Shown here piece by piece: positions 26,401 through 40,000 of a stretch of DNA of 64,000 nucleotides; positions within the stretch are counted from its first letter, which is position 1, and each line of letters begins with the position of its first letter. This DNA is from Moniliella sp. 'wahieum' (taxonomy: Eukaryota). The position numbers and the translations under genes were made by a program. The stretch is from the NCBI GenBank assembly GCA_003971905.1, contig RSEE01000035.1, positions 248,001-312,000 on the forward strand, in the 5' to 3' direction. A model generated the notes under the pieces. That model worked only from the letters and a program-made list of their open reading frames with translations. It ran no database searches and had not been told where the DNA came from.

Positions 26401-29215
26401 TGCCCGCACGGAAAATCTTAACCTTGTGGTTGTGTGCGGTTAAGATGGTGGAACCCGATACGGCAAAGACGGTAAACCGAGCATGAATGACCAAACTCGA
26501 TCCGTTCTCCGCCTCGTCTTCTCGATCCTTGTTGGAATCCAACATGTCGAGTCAAGTGGCGCCAAGGCCAAGCAATCTTGGAATCTTTACCTGCGCCCGT
26601 ATCGTACTCGGGCGGGCGACGGGAAGCTGCGGCACTGCTGGTAGAACCAATTGGATCTTCCTCTTCTGACCCAGCTTCGTCTTCCGACTCGTCTGACGAG
26701 TCTTCCGCGATGCCCAGTCCGACCGGCGGCGCACTAGAGGTCGAAGTGAGATGTGTCCGTGCCTCGTCGCCCTCGGCGTGAGGGAGAGGGATATGGGATG
26801 AGCGGGCGTGCCGAATGGGGAAGAAGGACCGGAGATGGACTGTTCGGATACAGGCGAGTTGGACAGGCTCGAAGTAGCAGGCGCATGGGGCGAGAGGAAC
26901 GTGTCCCGTTCACGAGGTACGGAATGAGAGGGGACATGAGTAGTCCCATGGGAAGGGGCGCTGGAAGGGTATGCATGGTTCATCTCCGACCCCATCGGGC
27001 TCACAGGCAGCACGGCAGGAACAGCAAGTGCATAATGTTGGCTCAAGCTACGGCGTGTCCAGCGGCTAGGGAGGGGAACCAGCCGCGTCTTGCGTGCTTC
27101 TCGATGGTCAAGGCGCCACCGAGGGTGCCCGTGTGCTGCTGTTCCTGGGAAGGGGGCGAGGCCATACTGCTCGGATGCGGATGGACGGGCATGCGCATCG
27201 CATGTGGTCGGTGCGGATGCACAAGGAAGGTTGGCGAGGTAGCATGGTTGTATCCCGGGTGACCTGGTGGGTGAAAGTGGGAAGCAGCCTGTCCCGATCC
27301 AACAGGGGGGGGATGCGGAGGGAAGGCAACGCGGACGGCATCTGGCTTGGGGCACTCTCGACTCGTTGCATTCCTAGTTCCGGCAGGGCCGACGGCGGGA
27401 GAAAGCGGTACTACCCTGCGCTGGCATTCCCCAACTAGGTGCTTGGGGGGGCATGTTCATAGGTCCTGGTGGCCTGGATGACCCCGTCGGTGCAGGTGTT
27501 GGAGGGCCGGAAGACCCCGTAAATACTGGCGGCCCTGACGGCCCTGAAAGTGCTGAAGGTCCGGGAGGAGAAACGCGTTTCGGTCGGAGCGGGCGGGCGC
27601 AAGATGGGGGTGGAGTTTGCTGGCATAAGGCGAGAGCTTGCTCGGGGGGCATCTGGGAGGGGGGGGTGGGAAGCTTTCAGGGGAAAAGGGGGGATCAAAC
27701 GCCTGGCCAGCAGGCAAGGGCATAGGTCGGGATATCGATACGACCGTCTCGGGACCGCGGCCGACGGGAGTGATGGAGGAAGGTGGGGCTTGGGTACAGG
27801 TGGGAGTTGAGGGATCTGGATGGGCCCCGGAACCGGGCGAGGAGGACGAACGGTGTGCTCGGCTGCGCTGGGTCGTATTGGTTGGCTACGGGCCTTGCTT
27901 AGGGCAGCGAGCTCAGACTCGTGGGCGGAGAGGTACGCTTGTTCCCAAGCCCGCTCATGGCTGTGGTTGTCCTCCTTTCCTTTTCCCGGTGCTTTCTCGG
28001 GAACGGGCCGGGAATGGCGCGCCTTTTCGTGCCGCGCACGACTGGAAGAAGGGGTCATCTCACCTGCATCGGCCTCCTGAGAAAGTGCTGTGCGGTCTCC
28101 CTCATTCGAACCCGTGTCCGCAATGGGAACTTTGGCCTTCTTTTTCCCCTTGATGGGAGCGTCGGGGACGGGCAAAGAAAGCTCATTGGGTGTAGACGCT
28201 GTAGAAGGTACGGTACCCCTCGCCCTTCGAGCGCCGTGGGGCGGTTTTGGGCGGGATGCGCGGCCCTTTACTTGGCGGTGGAGGAACGATCTCAGACGTG
28301 CGCTCCTGAGGGAGGTTCTTGGGCCCTTTGGCCTCCGTGGGTTCCTTGGGTTCCTTGGGTTCCTTGGACACATTGGGTTCCTTGAGTTCCTTGGATTCCT
28401 TGGATACCTTGGATTCCCTGGGTTCCTTGAGTTCCCTGGCCACCTTGAGTTCCCTGGCCACCTTAGGTTCCTTGAGTTCCTTGGACACTTGGGTTCCTTG
28501 GGCTCCTTGGGTTCCTTGGGTTCCTTGGATTCCTTGGCCACCTTAGGTTCATTTGGTTCATTGACCTCCTTGGTCTCCCTAGGTTCCCTGGGTTCCTTGA
28601 GTTCCCTGGGTTCCTTGGGCAGCTTGAGTTCCTTGGCTCCTTGGCGTCTCGCACGCGGGGCTTTACCTTGCCGACTTCGCGTTTGGGCGGAGGGACAGGG
28701 GCCGAGACCGGCGGGGAACTGGACGCAAAGGAAGCGGGGGTGGTCTGGCGCGTGAGCAGGGGGGAGGCGAGCGGGGCGGCAGCGGAGGAGGTACGCGTGG
28801 CGAGTGCGTGTGCGGGCACAGACAAGGGCACAGAAGCGGGCGGAGTGAACGAGGCTGGGGGAGAGAGGGCCAAGGCTGGCAGCGAGCGGGAAAAGAGGGC
28901 GTGGGCGTGGGCGTCAGCAATAGCATCGGCATGGGCATTGGGATTGGCGTCGGTGGTGGGGGGGCTGGGTGGGGGGGGAGGTGGTGGTGGTGGGGTCGCG
29001 GGAGGGCGCGGCGAGGGCGGGGGAGGGCGATGGGCGGGGGGGGGGGGGCGGCGGGGAGGGGGGGTGGGGGAGGCCGGGGGGTGGGTGGGGTGGGGGGCGT
29101 GGGTGGTGTGCGAGGCGGGGGCGGCGTGGGGGCGGCAGGCGCAAAGACGGGGGGGAGGGGCGTCCTGGCGGCTGAAGTGCCAGAGGCGTGCGGACCCAGG
29201 CTCCTTGTCGGGCAT
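23429..29215 (-). CDS. Inositol polyphosphate 5-phosphatase with WD40-like region and long Pro/KEP-rich N-terminus
   Basis: Catalytic motifs FGLQE, GNKGAV, FVNCHLAAG, WSGDLNYRID (split by intron 24043-24209), FPPTYKF, PSWCDRILW and SDHRPV. Second intron 25333-25451. WD-like VVSGGLDGAVRIWD. Confidence 0.85.
28338..28640 (-). repeat. 9-bp coding minisatellite (AAGGAACCC-like) encoding KEP/KES/REL repeats
   Basis: More than 30 degenerate GGTTCCTTG-type units on the plus strand. Confidence 0.9.
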
Positions 29216-29374
29216 TGGTGGTAGCTACTAAGCATAGCCAGCAGCCAGCAGCACCCGCCCGTTGCTTTGCTCAGCCGGGGTGCGCAGCCAGCCCCCAGTC
29301 ACGTGGCCGTCTGTAAAAATCAGCTACTCACGCCCTTCGATTCATTCGCACATCCATTCTCTTACTCTTAGTGC

Positions 29375-31741
29375 TTACCCCACCAGCCCCCCCAGGTAGC
29401 ACGTGACCGCGACCAGCTTGCGGCCATTCACCTCGCGCTCCACCAGCACCTCCGCCCGCCGCCCAGCACTCCGCCGCCGCGCCCAGCTGCCCCACATCCT
29501 CCCACCCCGTGTTGCGCGGCAGGAACAGCGCCACGTTCCCCGACCCCAGCTGCGCCATGCACATCTCCACCAGCCCCGTCCCGCTCAGCGGCGCCAGCGG
29601 CTCAGCCGTAGACACTCTCCGTCTGTGGCTCGGTCTCTGGCTCATCCTCTGGCACCGCCTCGCGCACCGCCTCGCCCCCCGCCAGCGCCCCATCATACAG
29701 CCCCAGCAGCTCGGTGCGCGCCTGGTTCAGCCTCCACCGCAGGCGCTTGCGTTTGGCCTTGGTCTCCGTCCCGCCCGGCACTGCGGCCAGCGGTGTTCCA
29801 GCTCAGCAACCTTGGCCTCTGCCTGTGCCCACGCCGGTTGTCTTGGTCTTGGCCTATTGCTCGTCCGACACCAGAGGAGGTGGCGGCGGCGGCAGCGGCA
29901 TCTTTGGCATGGCAGGCTGTACTAGCTGCTTCGGCTGGCGCTGTGTCCTCCCCGTGGTTTCTGGGGCGTGGGCGGGGGTTGGTGCGGTACCCCACCCCAC
30001 CCCACGGCGGGGGAGGAAGATGGCATCAAACGACCATTGAGACCAAGTGGCCCAATCGGCCTCTGTTTCTCCACCTTTTCCTATTCCTTCTCCCCCTTGT
30101 TCTCCTTCTCCTTGTTGTTGTGGCTGCTGCTTGGCATCGGCAGACGCACGTAACCTTGCATACGTAGCTGCCCACTGGACCACATCGGCACAAACGATCG
30201 TCACCTTATCCTCGACGCCAGCCACACGAGCATTGTGTCGAGCCAGCTCGACCTTGACAGGATCGACATCGATGCCTACCACATGATCAAAGTGCCTAGC
30301 GAAGCTCACCACGTTACCTCCCGCGCCACAAAACGCATCCAACACCCACCCGGGTCCTGCAGTGGGTTGGGTCCCGTCAGTCCCGCCGCCCGCACCGCTC
30401 GTGCGCGCGGTAGCGTCCTGAACCCCCTCCCGTGTACCCCGCTGGGCCTGGAGAATCGTCGCCATCCGACGCGCAATGTGCTTGGCCACGCCCTCGGGTG
30501 TGATGCTGTACCAACTTTCGCGGTCCAGGACGTAGCCCTGGTCAAAGTGAGCAAAGAGAGTGTAGCGCGCATACCAGTACTTGTGCATCTCTCCTCCATA
30601 TCCTCTTTTCGGATCAGCACGTGCGGCCGAACCCATTTGGGAAGACCAAGCCAGTACGCTTCCTCGTCGTCATTGTTTTCTCCTTCTCCTTCTTCTTCCA
30701 TTCCTTGTTGCTGTAGTTGTTGCTGTTGGTGCTGGGATTCTCCATCCTGTGCTTCGTTGTCCTCGGAAGAACCGACATGCTGCACCTCTCGTTCCTCCTG
30801 CACCGGCTCCGCCTCGCACGTCTCTTCGTCCGGGAAATACGTGAGCTCAATGTCCCGCTCCAGCCGCGGTGGGCGCTTGGAAGGCGGCATCGGTTGCGCG
30901 GGGACCTGGCTCGCTTCCTTGAGTTCCGAGGGGGAGAAGCAACCGATTGAACGTCAGCATCGTATTTGCGCTGCACGGAAGGCAACTGCCAAGCCGGCAC
31001 ACGCATCACAGCGACCTTGAGCGTGACGTTACTGGGCAAGCCCTGTGCGGGAACCGGGACCGGGTCGTACGACAGGGTTAGACTTAGTGTGTTGCGTTTT
31101 TTTTTCTGGATCTGTTCGACCTGAGGGGGCGATGGGAGCTCGGTCGCCAGTCCCTCCGCCACAGGGTGCAGACGAGGTAGATAAGGTAGACTTGCCAGAC
31201 GCATGGTGCGGTGCATGGGAATGCGAATCCGGATGTGGATGTACCCCACCCCGACGACCGCGAGGACGCTGGGCCGACGCCGACGCGGCTGCCACCCTGT
31301 CCCTGCCGGTGAGAGCGGGGTTGGTCGATCCAAACTGGGTTGGAAGGCCCAGGGCAGAGAGAGCGGTAGCATCAACCGCAGCAGTGGCAGCAGTAACAGC
31401 AGTAGCAGCAGTAGCAGCAGTAGTAGCAGCAGTAGCAGCAGACGTTGTTGCTGTTGAAGAAGAAGGAGGGAGGGGATGGAACTCGTACCCCTGGTACGCA
31501 GCGGGGATGTGTGCCGTGCGGTGGTCGTGCGTGTCGCGCGGGGGGCGGGAACGAGCAGCGGGGAGGAAGCTGTTGTGCCAGGGGATCGGGGTTGGGGTTG
31601 GGATGGGGAAGGGTGAGGGTGAGGATCGGGGTCACTGGGGTCCGGCCCGAATCCTAGCCAGCCATCGGGGCCAGCGGGAGACGGATGGGTCTCGCGCGTC
31701 TGCTGGGCCAAGACGGTGGCAGGAGCGAGCGGGGGCGGCAT
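29375..31741 (-). CDS. TGS1: Trimethylguanosine synthase (start uncertain)
   Basis: KYWYARYTLF..LDRESWYSITPEGVAKHIA, VLDAFCGAGGN, ARHNARVAGV, DAIFL(S)PPWGG (frameshifted), NVALFLPRNT, and C-terminal NGRKLVAVTCYLGGLVG-stop. Confidence 0.9.
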
Positions 31742-32504
31742 GGTTTGCGGTAGATGGGAGGTGGAAGTGGGACGAAAGGGTGTTTGTTGGTCGTTGGCTC
31801 AATACGCTCAACGCTTACCTTGAACCTCAACCTTGAACCTCAACCTCGCCGACTCAACCACCCTACAAGCTTCAACCTGAAGCTGGAGTCTTGACGGACG
31901 TTGGACCCCTCCACCTTGCTCCTCTCCGCCAGACCTAACGTACTGGCCCGAAAAAAAAAACAAAGAAAAAACAAAAACAGACAAACGTCGCACGAAGCCC
32001 TGCTTTCCAGATTGCAATATTGAACTCCTATCGCAAGCATGCATCGGGGCCACAACCACCCTAAGGTCCACACCGAGAAAGGGGGAGGGACCAAGCGGAG
32101 GGCCGAGGAAGGAGAAGATATCGCTATTCTACAACCATCTCTTCACAGAGTCTCTTTGTCCCAGCCTCCAGCTCTGTCAATCATATGGTCACAGTAGAGG
32201 GTTTGTCGATTGGCTTCGGACGAGGGCTGGAATTTGGAAGAGGGCCGAAGGAGGTGCACGCGGACACTCTTCAAAAGCTTCACAACCGCTAAACGTTTAA
32301 CGTTTAACCACGGGACATCGGAACAGTCACGCTGCATCCCACACACGTGGCACACGGTCTCTGGTACCTAGTACCTGGTGCCCAGTGCAGGTTGCAGGTT
32401 GCAGCGCCTTGGGTATCCGGTACCCGTACGGTAAATGGCCGAAACCCAAATGGGTAATTTCCTGGACCCATCAGCAAACGCCAAACGCCCAACCCGCCTC
32501 AGAT

Positions 32505-32784
32505 CATCACATCCTCACATCCTACATCCTCACATCCTCACATCCTCACTCCTCACATCCTCACATCCTCACATCATACATCCTCACATCCTCACATCCT
32601 CACATCCTCACATCCTCACATCCTCACATCTCACATCCTCACATCCTCACATCCTCACATCCTCACATCCTCACATCCTCACATCCTCACATCCTCACAT
32701 CCTCACATCCTCACATCCTCACATCCTCACATCCTCACATCCTCACATCCTCACATCCTCACATCCTCACATCCTCACATCTCA
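32505..32784 (+). repeat. (CATCCTCA)n octamer array, about 34 units
   Basis: Directly visible near-perfect array with a few single-base variants. Confidence 0.95.
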
Positions 32785-33236
32785 GAACAAGAGGCCCAGG
32801 AGCGGGAGCAGAAAGCAGTAGGATACTCCCCACGCCAACCAATATTCAATCCGCCCGTGCCACGCAGTTGGTTAGTCGGTTACAACGTGCCTTGCGCCGA
32901 GGGACTAACGGTGCGAGGCAGGCCGGCCGTGCGCCCTGTGGAGGGCTGCCGCGACGTGGTACGTGGTACCCCGCAATACCCTCAATGCTCGATGCACAAT
33001 GCTCGATGGTTGCATGGTTGCAACCCGCGCTGGCGCTGGTGCCGGCGCCGAGGCGGACCGCGGGCCGGCGCGTGGGTATATACCGCGTTGCAGGACTACT
33101 AGTAGTGGAAGTGGAATGGCACATGGCGTGGCGGCGTGCGAGCCACGTGGGCGGGACGGTGACGTGTGACGCGTGACGCGTGACGAAAAGCGTGTGGGAT
33201 CGTCGATCGATATCAATAGGAACACTAATAGGAACA

Positions 33237-33283
33237 CTTGAAGCTTGAAGCTTGAAGCTTGAAGCTTGAAGCTTGAAGCTTGA
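33237..33283 (+). repeat. (CTTGAAG)6.7 heptamer array upstream of the aminopeptidase
   Basis: Six perfect units plus CTTGA, ending 200 nt before the ATG at 33483. Confidence 0.95.
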
Positions 33284-33482
33284 CTCGACCACGAGGCTCC
33301 GCGTGCGTACGAATACATGCGGCTTCAGATTATTTGGGCGACCACAGACGACCGCGCGGTCGGCTGGCTGGGTCGACGAGAGAAACTGCGGTATCGGTAT
33401 TTATAACTGCGATATGCCGTGTGGTCCTCGGCGTTGCTCGCCCATCTTCGCTTCGCCCATCCGCTCACCACAGCTCGCAACC

Positions 33483-36400
33483 ATGGCATCAACAGCGACT
33501 GCGACTGCGACTACGACCGAGAGCGCGACTGCGACGACGACGACGACGAACCCGTGGCTGACGTTACCGGCGCTGGCCAAGCCAACGCACTACGAGCTGC
33601 TTGTCAAGTCGGATTTGGAGCAGCTGACATTTACGGGTGTGGTGACGATTGCTGTGGAGACGCTGGTGGAGACGGCGGAGCTAACGTTGAACGTGGGGAG
33701 CAAGCTGGTCGTGAGCAAAGTGCTAGTGGAGAGTGATGGGTTGACCAGCACTGATGCAGCTGGTGCGGGCTCTATCCTTGTTCCGCTGGAGATTGACACG
33801 GAGCACGAACGTGGTACGCTACGTCTTCCCCATACTGTTCTGCCCGGCACCAAGGTGCGCTTGACCATTGCGTTTGGCGGGGAGATCGATAAGTCGATGG
33901 CGGGGTACTACCGGTCCAGCTGGGAGCACAAGGGGGAGAAAGGGTTTTATGCCTTGACGCAGTTTGAGCCCACGTCAGCGCGCAAGGTGTTTCCCTCATT
34001 TGATGAGCCAGCGTTGAAAGCGACGTTTGCTGTTCGTCTCATTCACCGTGCGGAGACCGTGGCGCTGGGCAACATGCCCGTGATCAGACGACGAGCGTAT
34101 CAGAGAGCGAGATGCGGGACCTTTTGCGTGCCACGGAGCTGGAGCTAGAGGAGGACAAGGTACTCCCCCCCCCCGAAGCTACTTCAAAGGTCGACAACAA
34201 CAACAACAACAACAACAAGGCCGAATGGCGGTAACGAGCTTTGACGTGACGCCGCTCATGTCGACGTATCTGGTAGCCTTTGCGAATGGAGCCTTCCTCC
34301 ACCTTGGCTCGAGCTACACCTCCCCTCTGACAGGGAAGACGGTAGAGGTGAAAGTGTACACGACGCCCGAGTACATCCACCAAGCGCACTTTGCACTGGA
34401 GGTAACCACGCGCGTTATGCCCGAGTACGAAAAGGTGTTTGACATTCCCTACCCTTTGCCCAAGCTCGACACGCTCGTTGCGAGTGACTTTGATGCGGGC
34501 GCGATGGAGAACTGGGGCCTAATCACTGGTCGTACCTCGATTTACCTCGTCGACGAACAAAAGGGCGGACTGAGCGCACGTAAGCTCGCGGCCAGCGTGC
34601 AAAGCCACGAATGCGCTCACCAATGGTTTGGCAATATCACCACCATGGCTTCTTGGGAGAGGTACGTACCCCACCGGTTCTCCCCCCCTAACCTGCTTCT
34701 TCGCCCCCTTCTTCCCCTCTCTTGATGCCCATGAAAGGGTAGCTAGTCTGACACTGACGGATGGGCAGTCTGTATCTGAACGAGGCCTGGGCCTCGCTGG
34801 CAGGGGAAGTGATCATCCTAGACCGCTGCTGGCCCGAGTGGACGTCCGACCGAGAATTCATTGTGGCGCACCTAACGCGTGCGCTCGAGTTGGATGCCAA
34901 GCGATCTTCGCACCCGATCCAGGTGCCTCTCAAGGGGGAGAACGTGGAAGCTGCGATCAATGAGATTTTCGATGCGATTTCGTACTCCAAGGGCGCATCG
35001 GTTCTGCGCATGCTGATGAAGATGGTCGGGGAACAAGTGTTCTTAAAGGGCACCTCGTTGTACCTCAAGAAGCACTTGTACGGGAACGCGAATCCAGAGG
35101 ACTTGTGGGAAGGTATTGCCCAGTCGTCCGGGCTGGACATTGGGGCGATCATGGGCAAGTGGGTGTTGAAGCAAGGGTTCCCCGTTCTGACGGTGACAGA
35201 GGAGGGGGATGAGATCACGGTGCGCCAGAACCGGTTCCTCGCTACGGGCGACGTGAAACCCGAGGAGGACGAGACGTTGTGGTACGTGCCGCTCAACCTC
35301 AAGACTGTGGGAAGCGACGGAGCGCCACGGGTGGACACTAGTCTTGTGCTGAAGGAAGAGCGGGAGACAAAGATCGTGCTCAAGGGGGCGTCGAGTGTAC
35401 CGTGGAAGTTGAACGCAGACACGGTGGGTGTGTACCGTGTTGCGTATACGCCCGCGCGTCTGGCTCTGCTGGGCAAAGAAGCAGCGCGGGCCGAGTCGGT
35501 GTTTTCGTTGGAAGACCGGGTGGGGTTGGTGAACGATGCGCATACGCTCGCCCGAGCCGGGTACGCCACGACCAGTGGAACGTTGACGCTGCTCAAGAAG
35601 ATGGAGCGGGAGGCATCCTTCTTGGTCAACTCGGCTGCGCTCAAGGTCTTCTCGGACCTGAGCTCGGTGTGGTACGAGGAGCCCGAGCCGGTCCAGAAGG
35701 CAATCAAGAAGTTCCAGGCCGAGTTCTGGGGGCCCAAGGCGCACGCGCTCGGGTTTGAGGGCAAAGCAGACGATTCGGTAGACGTGCAGCAGCTACGGGA
35801 ATTGGTACGTTGGATCTGGATCCCACTCCCTTGTCTCTTTTCCCCCTGTTGGATGTGTGGGAGGATGCAGAGAACTGACGCGAGGACGAAACACAGGCGA
35901 TCGGTGGTGCAGCGAGCGCTGGCGACGCATGGACGGTCCAAGAGATCCAAAAGTTGTACGCAGCCATGCTCGAGGGCAAGGATACGATCCCGTCGGATCT
36001 GCTTGTGCCGGTATACATGACGGCAGTCAAGTATGGTGGCGAGAAGGAGTACGAGGCGTTGCTGGGGATCTACCGTCGCCTCCTACGCCGGCGCACAAGG
36101 TGGCGAGCATGTACGGGATGTGTGCGACGGAGGACGCGTTGCTGCTGGAGCGGACAGTGGCGTTCCTGTACTCGGGGGAGGTGAAGGAGCAGGACTTTCT
36201 GCACTACTTCCGGGGCATGTCGGTGGGACGGAAATCGCGGCGTGCGCTGTGGACATGCACGCAGGCACGGTACGACGTGCTGGCCGAGCGATTCGCAGGC
36301 AACTTTGGTCTGGGCCGGCTGATCCAGTCGTCGTTCGATGGGCTGGCGACGGAGCAGGACGCCGAGGCGGTGGAGGCGTTCTTTGGGGCCAAGGACGTCA

Positions 36401-36519
36401 GGCGCTACGCCATGGCGCTGTCGCAGGGGCTGGAGAGCGTGCGTGCGCGCGCAGGCTGGCTGGCACGCGCGCGCGCGGACGTGGAGGACTGGCTCAAGAC
36501 GAACGGGTACCTGGCCTGA
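33483..36519 (+). CDS. M1 family zinc aminopeptidase (Ape2/Aap1/puromycin-sensitive type)
   Basis: PTHYEL, TQFEPTSARKVFPSFDEP, TPLMSTYLVAF, GAMENWGL, HECAHQWFGN, LNE, FDAISYSKG and an ERAP1-like C-terminus. Introns 34662-34768 and 35805-35896. Confidence 0.92.
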
Positions 36520-37080
36520 GGCGGCCGGGGGGGGATGGGGGATGGCATATATATGGTCGAGTGCTAGTGCTGTGTGATACACGTGTGATAGCCCAAGAGG
36601 CGGACGGCGGGGCGCGCAGCTGCTGGTTGGGCCGGTTAGATTAATAGACACCCTGTCCCAGGAGTCCGCACCGCAGATGCGCGTGGCAATCGGGCCCAGC
36701 GCATCCATCATCGATCATCGATCATGCCGATCATGCCGCACGGGGCAGCTGCTGGTGTGACAGGTGACATGTGACAGGTGACAGGTGACAGGTGGGTGGC
36801 AGATCGGGGCGCTGTGGCGCAGTGCGGGGGGTAGGGATCTGCAAGGGCAGCAGCGCCTTCTCTATACGCGTGTGTGCCCCGTGTGCTGCTCCGCCGTTAG
36901 TGGTGGCGCACGCCGATGGGAACGCCCAGCAGCAGCATTATAGCACCCAGCAGCTCCAGCAGAAGCGCATCCTCCCGCCATTCTCCGCCTACCCCCCCCC
37001 CCCCGCAGCACACAGCCCCCTCGCGTCGTCTGCGTTGCTCGGCTGTGCGTACGTTCTGCCCCCACCACCACCACCACACC

Positions 37081-40000
37081 ATGGGTCTCTTCCGCCGCCA
37101 GCCCACCTCCCGTCCTTCTCTCCCGTCCCCGCCCCCGCCCCCGCCCCCTCTGCCCGCCGCCCCACCCGCCGCTCTGCCCGACGCGCTGCCCGCCGCCCGG
37201 CCCGCCGCTCTGCCCGACGCGCTGCCCGCCGCCCGGCCCGCCGCCTCGCCCGACGCTTTGCCCATGCTGCACTACTCCGTCGTCGGCTTCGATCTTGCCG
37301 ACGCGCTCCAAGCCTTCGATGCGGCCCCTGCCCCAGCCGCACCCAGCAAAAACACCTCCATCGCTCCCGTCAGCGTCACCCCCCCCAGCGGCCTTCTCCG
37401 CAGCCACGCCTGACCGCCCCGCAGCCCAGCCTCCTCCGCTCCAGGGCCACGCGCGCGAACGTCCGCATGTCCGTCCTGCCGCCTCTGCCATCCCGATGGA
37501 TGCGCGTCGGCAACTAGGTGGCCCGCCCACGCTGGTGCCCATACCCAAGAGCGCAAGCTACGCGTCCTTGCCCAAGCGTGTTCACACCCATGCGGGCCTA
37601 CCCAAGAGCGCTAGCCAAGTGGCCTTGCCCACGTCTCGTGCCAACGCCTCACTCCCGCGCGTTCCATCCCTCGGCGCTCATTCAATCTTTCCCTCCACTG
37701 GCGCATCCACGCTGGCAACCGTGTCGGACCGCTCTCATGTTACCCCAGTCCCGCCTCCCACGGGCAAGCGAGCACCCTATGCCCCCACCCACATGCCCTC
37801 GACTCACTCCCTCACCGCCTCCGACCAGCTGCCCTCGGCTGCCGCTTCTGCTGCACGCACCCCTGGGGTGAGCCGCCACCTCTCCCACTCGCAAACCAGC
37901 CTCTCCGCTGGCGACAATGGCCCCAGGAACTCTACAAGCCGTCTGGGTAAACTCTTCCACCGACGGCGCAAGACGAATACCCCTGCCCCAGCCTCATCCC
38001 CTGTCATCGCCACGGTGCGCCTGATACACCGTCGCAAGCGCAAGATGCATTCACCCTGTTTCCACGACTGGACTACCGGCCTAGGCCTGGCCCTGCCCCG
38101 TACCCACCCCGTAACCCGTACCCCCCCGTCTCGGCGTCGGCATTGACATTGACATCGGCATCGCCACTGCACCGACCTGGCCAAAGCTTAGGTTCCGTCT
38201 CTGTCCCTCCCACCGTAAGTTCGGGGAAGGACGCCTCTTACTCTGCGGCGCACATGTACGTGCCCCAACCCCTGGTGCGCCCGCCCTCTCGCATTCCCCA
38301 CCGGCCCCGATTGCGCTCCACTCCATCACCAGTAACAACAGTAACTACAGCAACAGCAACACCACCACCGCCAACACCAACACCAATAACACCACCAACA
38401 ACAACAACAGCAAACAATAACAATAGTGTTCCTTCGGCCCGCTCCAAATATGCTGCAGCGACGGTGACCTCCCCCTCGGGTACCAGAAGCGTCTCGCCGC
38501 TTTCCAACCCGAGCAGCAGCAGCTCCCTTACTTCGGCCAACACTACCATGTCAGTTCAGGAGGAGAGCAAGGGCGCCCCGCCTGCGGCCACATCTTCCTC
38601 CGAGTCGACTGAAACTTCCGAGCGCTTTGACGGATCACAAGAGGGAGCAACCAAACTGGACGAAAAGGAGTCGGGAGAAAATGCAAATGAGAAAAACGAG
38701 GAAGCGGAAGAACAGCAACCGCCTCCTCGTGCTCCCACCCCCGTTCCGGAGGTGGACCCGACGATCCAGCGTTTGGGCCAGGTGGTGCCTATTCTTTCCC
38801 ACACTATCCTTCGCTACGCACACAGTAACACTGGCATGCAACACTTGCCTCCGCCACAGGCAGAGGAAGAGAAGAGAGAGATGAAGAGCAGGAGTCATTT
38901 GTTGCCCCTGATGAGACCACACATTCGCCCTTGCCGGCCGCTAGCAGTCGTCGGCCCCGTCGGGAGAGAAAAGCGGACCTACGCCCGGGGCTTGGCCACG
39001 GTGGTCTCCGCCGCGTCTCCGGTGATCTTGGCGACGCTCCTGCACTACCTCGATATTGACGATGTAGTGGAACTGGGGATGACGTGTCGTGCGATCCGGG
39101 ATACCTTATCATCTGCCCTGGGTGCGGAACTGGTGTTGCATCGGTTCCTTGGTTCGATTGGGTACCAAACCTGGCGGGGGCAACTAGCTGCGCTAGATGC
39201 AGCGGCGGCAGATGGGCCGGCAGTGTGGCGTTGCTGCCTCGGTTGGGCGAGGAACCAGTGGAGCTTACGGCGCTAGATGTGATGAACTATTCCCTTGCCA
39301 ATGAGGTGCGGTACGAGTACGTTGCTCTTGCTGCGGCGGTGAAAAAGGGTGGGGTGGACCGCCGTTGGCCGCGCTTTGCTCGCTGCACCACTCGGGCACA
39401 TAACCGTGTGCTAGCTCGTCTCCGAGCCCAAGCGAACTATGACCCGAGTCCGCGTGAGTCGGCGCGGGCTCGGGTGTTACACCAAGTGCAAGGCACGACG
39501 TTAGGCCCTTCCTGCCTATTCTGCGACACGGGCCGTTGGACAACCATGCATCCCCTCCGTGTTGGAAGGTGTATCGAGCGCTCGGTGTGGGCGTGGCAGA
39601 GCTGGGCCTGTCGCGCCCAGGCTCTGCGCAAGGTCGCAGCGGAAGAAATCTTGACTGTGCGTGTGCCCTGGCGGCCTGGGGCGGCACCTGTGTGGCGGGT
39701 CTGGGTCCCCGTGCCAATTCGGCTGGGTGGCTGGAAGATGAGGACTTGGCTTTGGCGAAGGAGAGTTGTCTCGCTCCGGGGTCCGGGGGCACGCTAAGGC
39801 GGATCACCTGATGGCCACGGGAGACGTGGTGTGGGATGTGGCTGTTGGCACGGAGCGTAACGAGGGCAAGTCCATTTACGACGGTACCTTTATTCGGTAC
39901 GTTTTTCTCTTCTTCTTTCATTTGCTTCTTCTTGCGTCTTGCGTCTTGCGTCTTCTTGAAGGAACAGGGGGATATGCGTGATGCTGATAAGACATATACA

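Noticed and set aside
28338..28640. CRISPR-like appearance of repeat arrays here and at 32.5 kb
   Set aside because: Contiguous short tandem units without unique spacers, in a eukaryotic context with no cas genes.
28090..28755. Plus-strand (GFL/GSL)n ORF resembling a collagen-like or membrane repeat protein
   Set aside because: Antisense reading of the KEP minisatellite inside the phosphatase gene.
32385..33176. ORFs with HPHILTSS repeats
   Set aside because: Translation of the stop-free octamer satellite, not evidence of a protein.
34688..35950. 420-aa minus-strand ORF
   Set aside because: Antisense shadow of the aminopeptidase exon.
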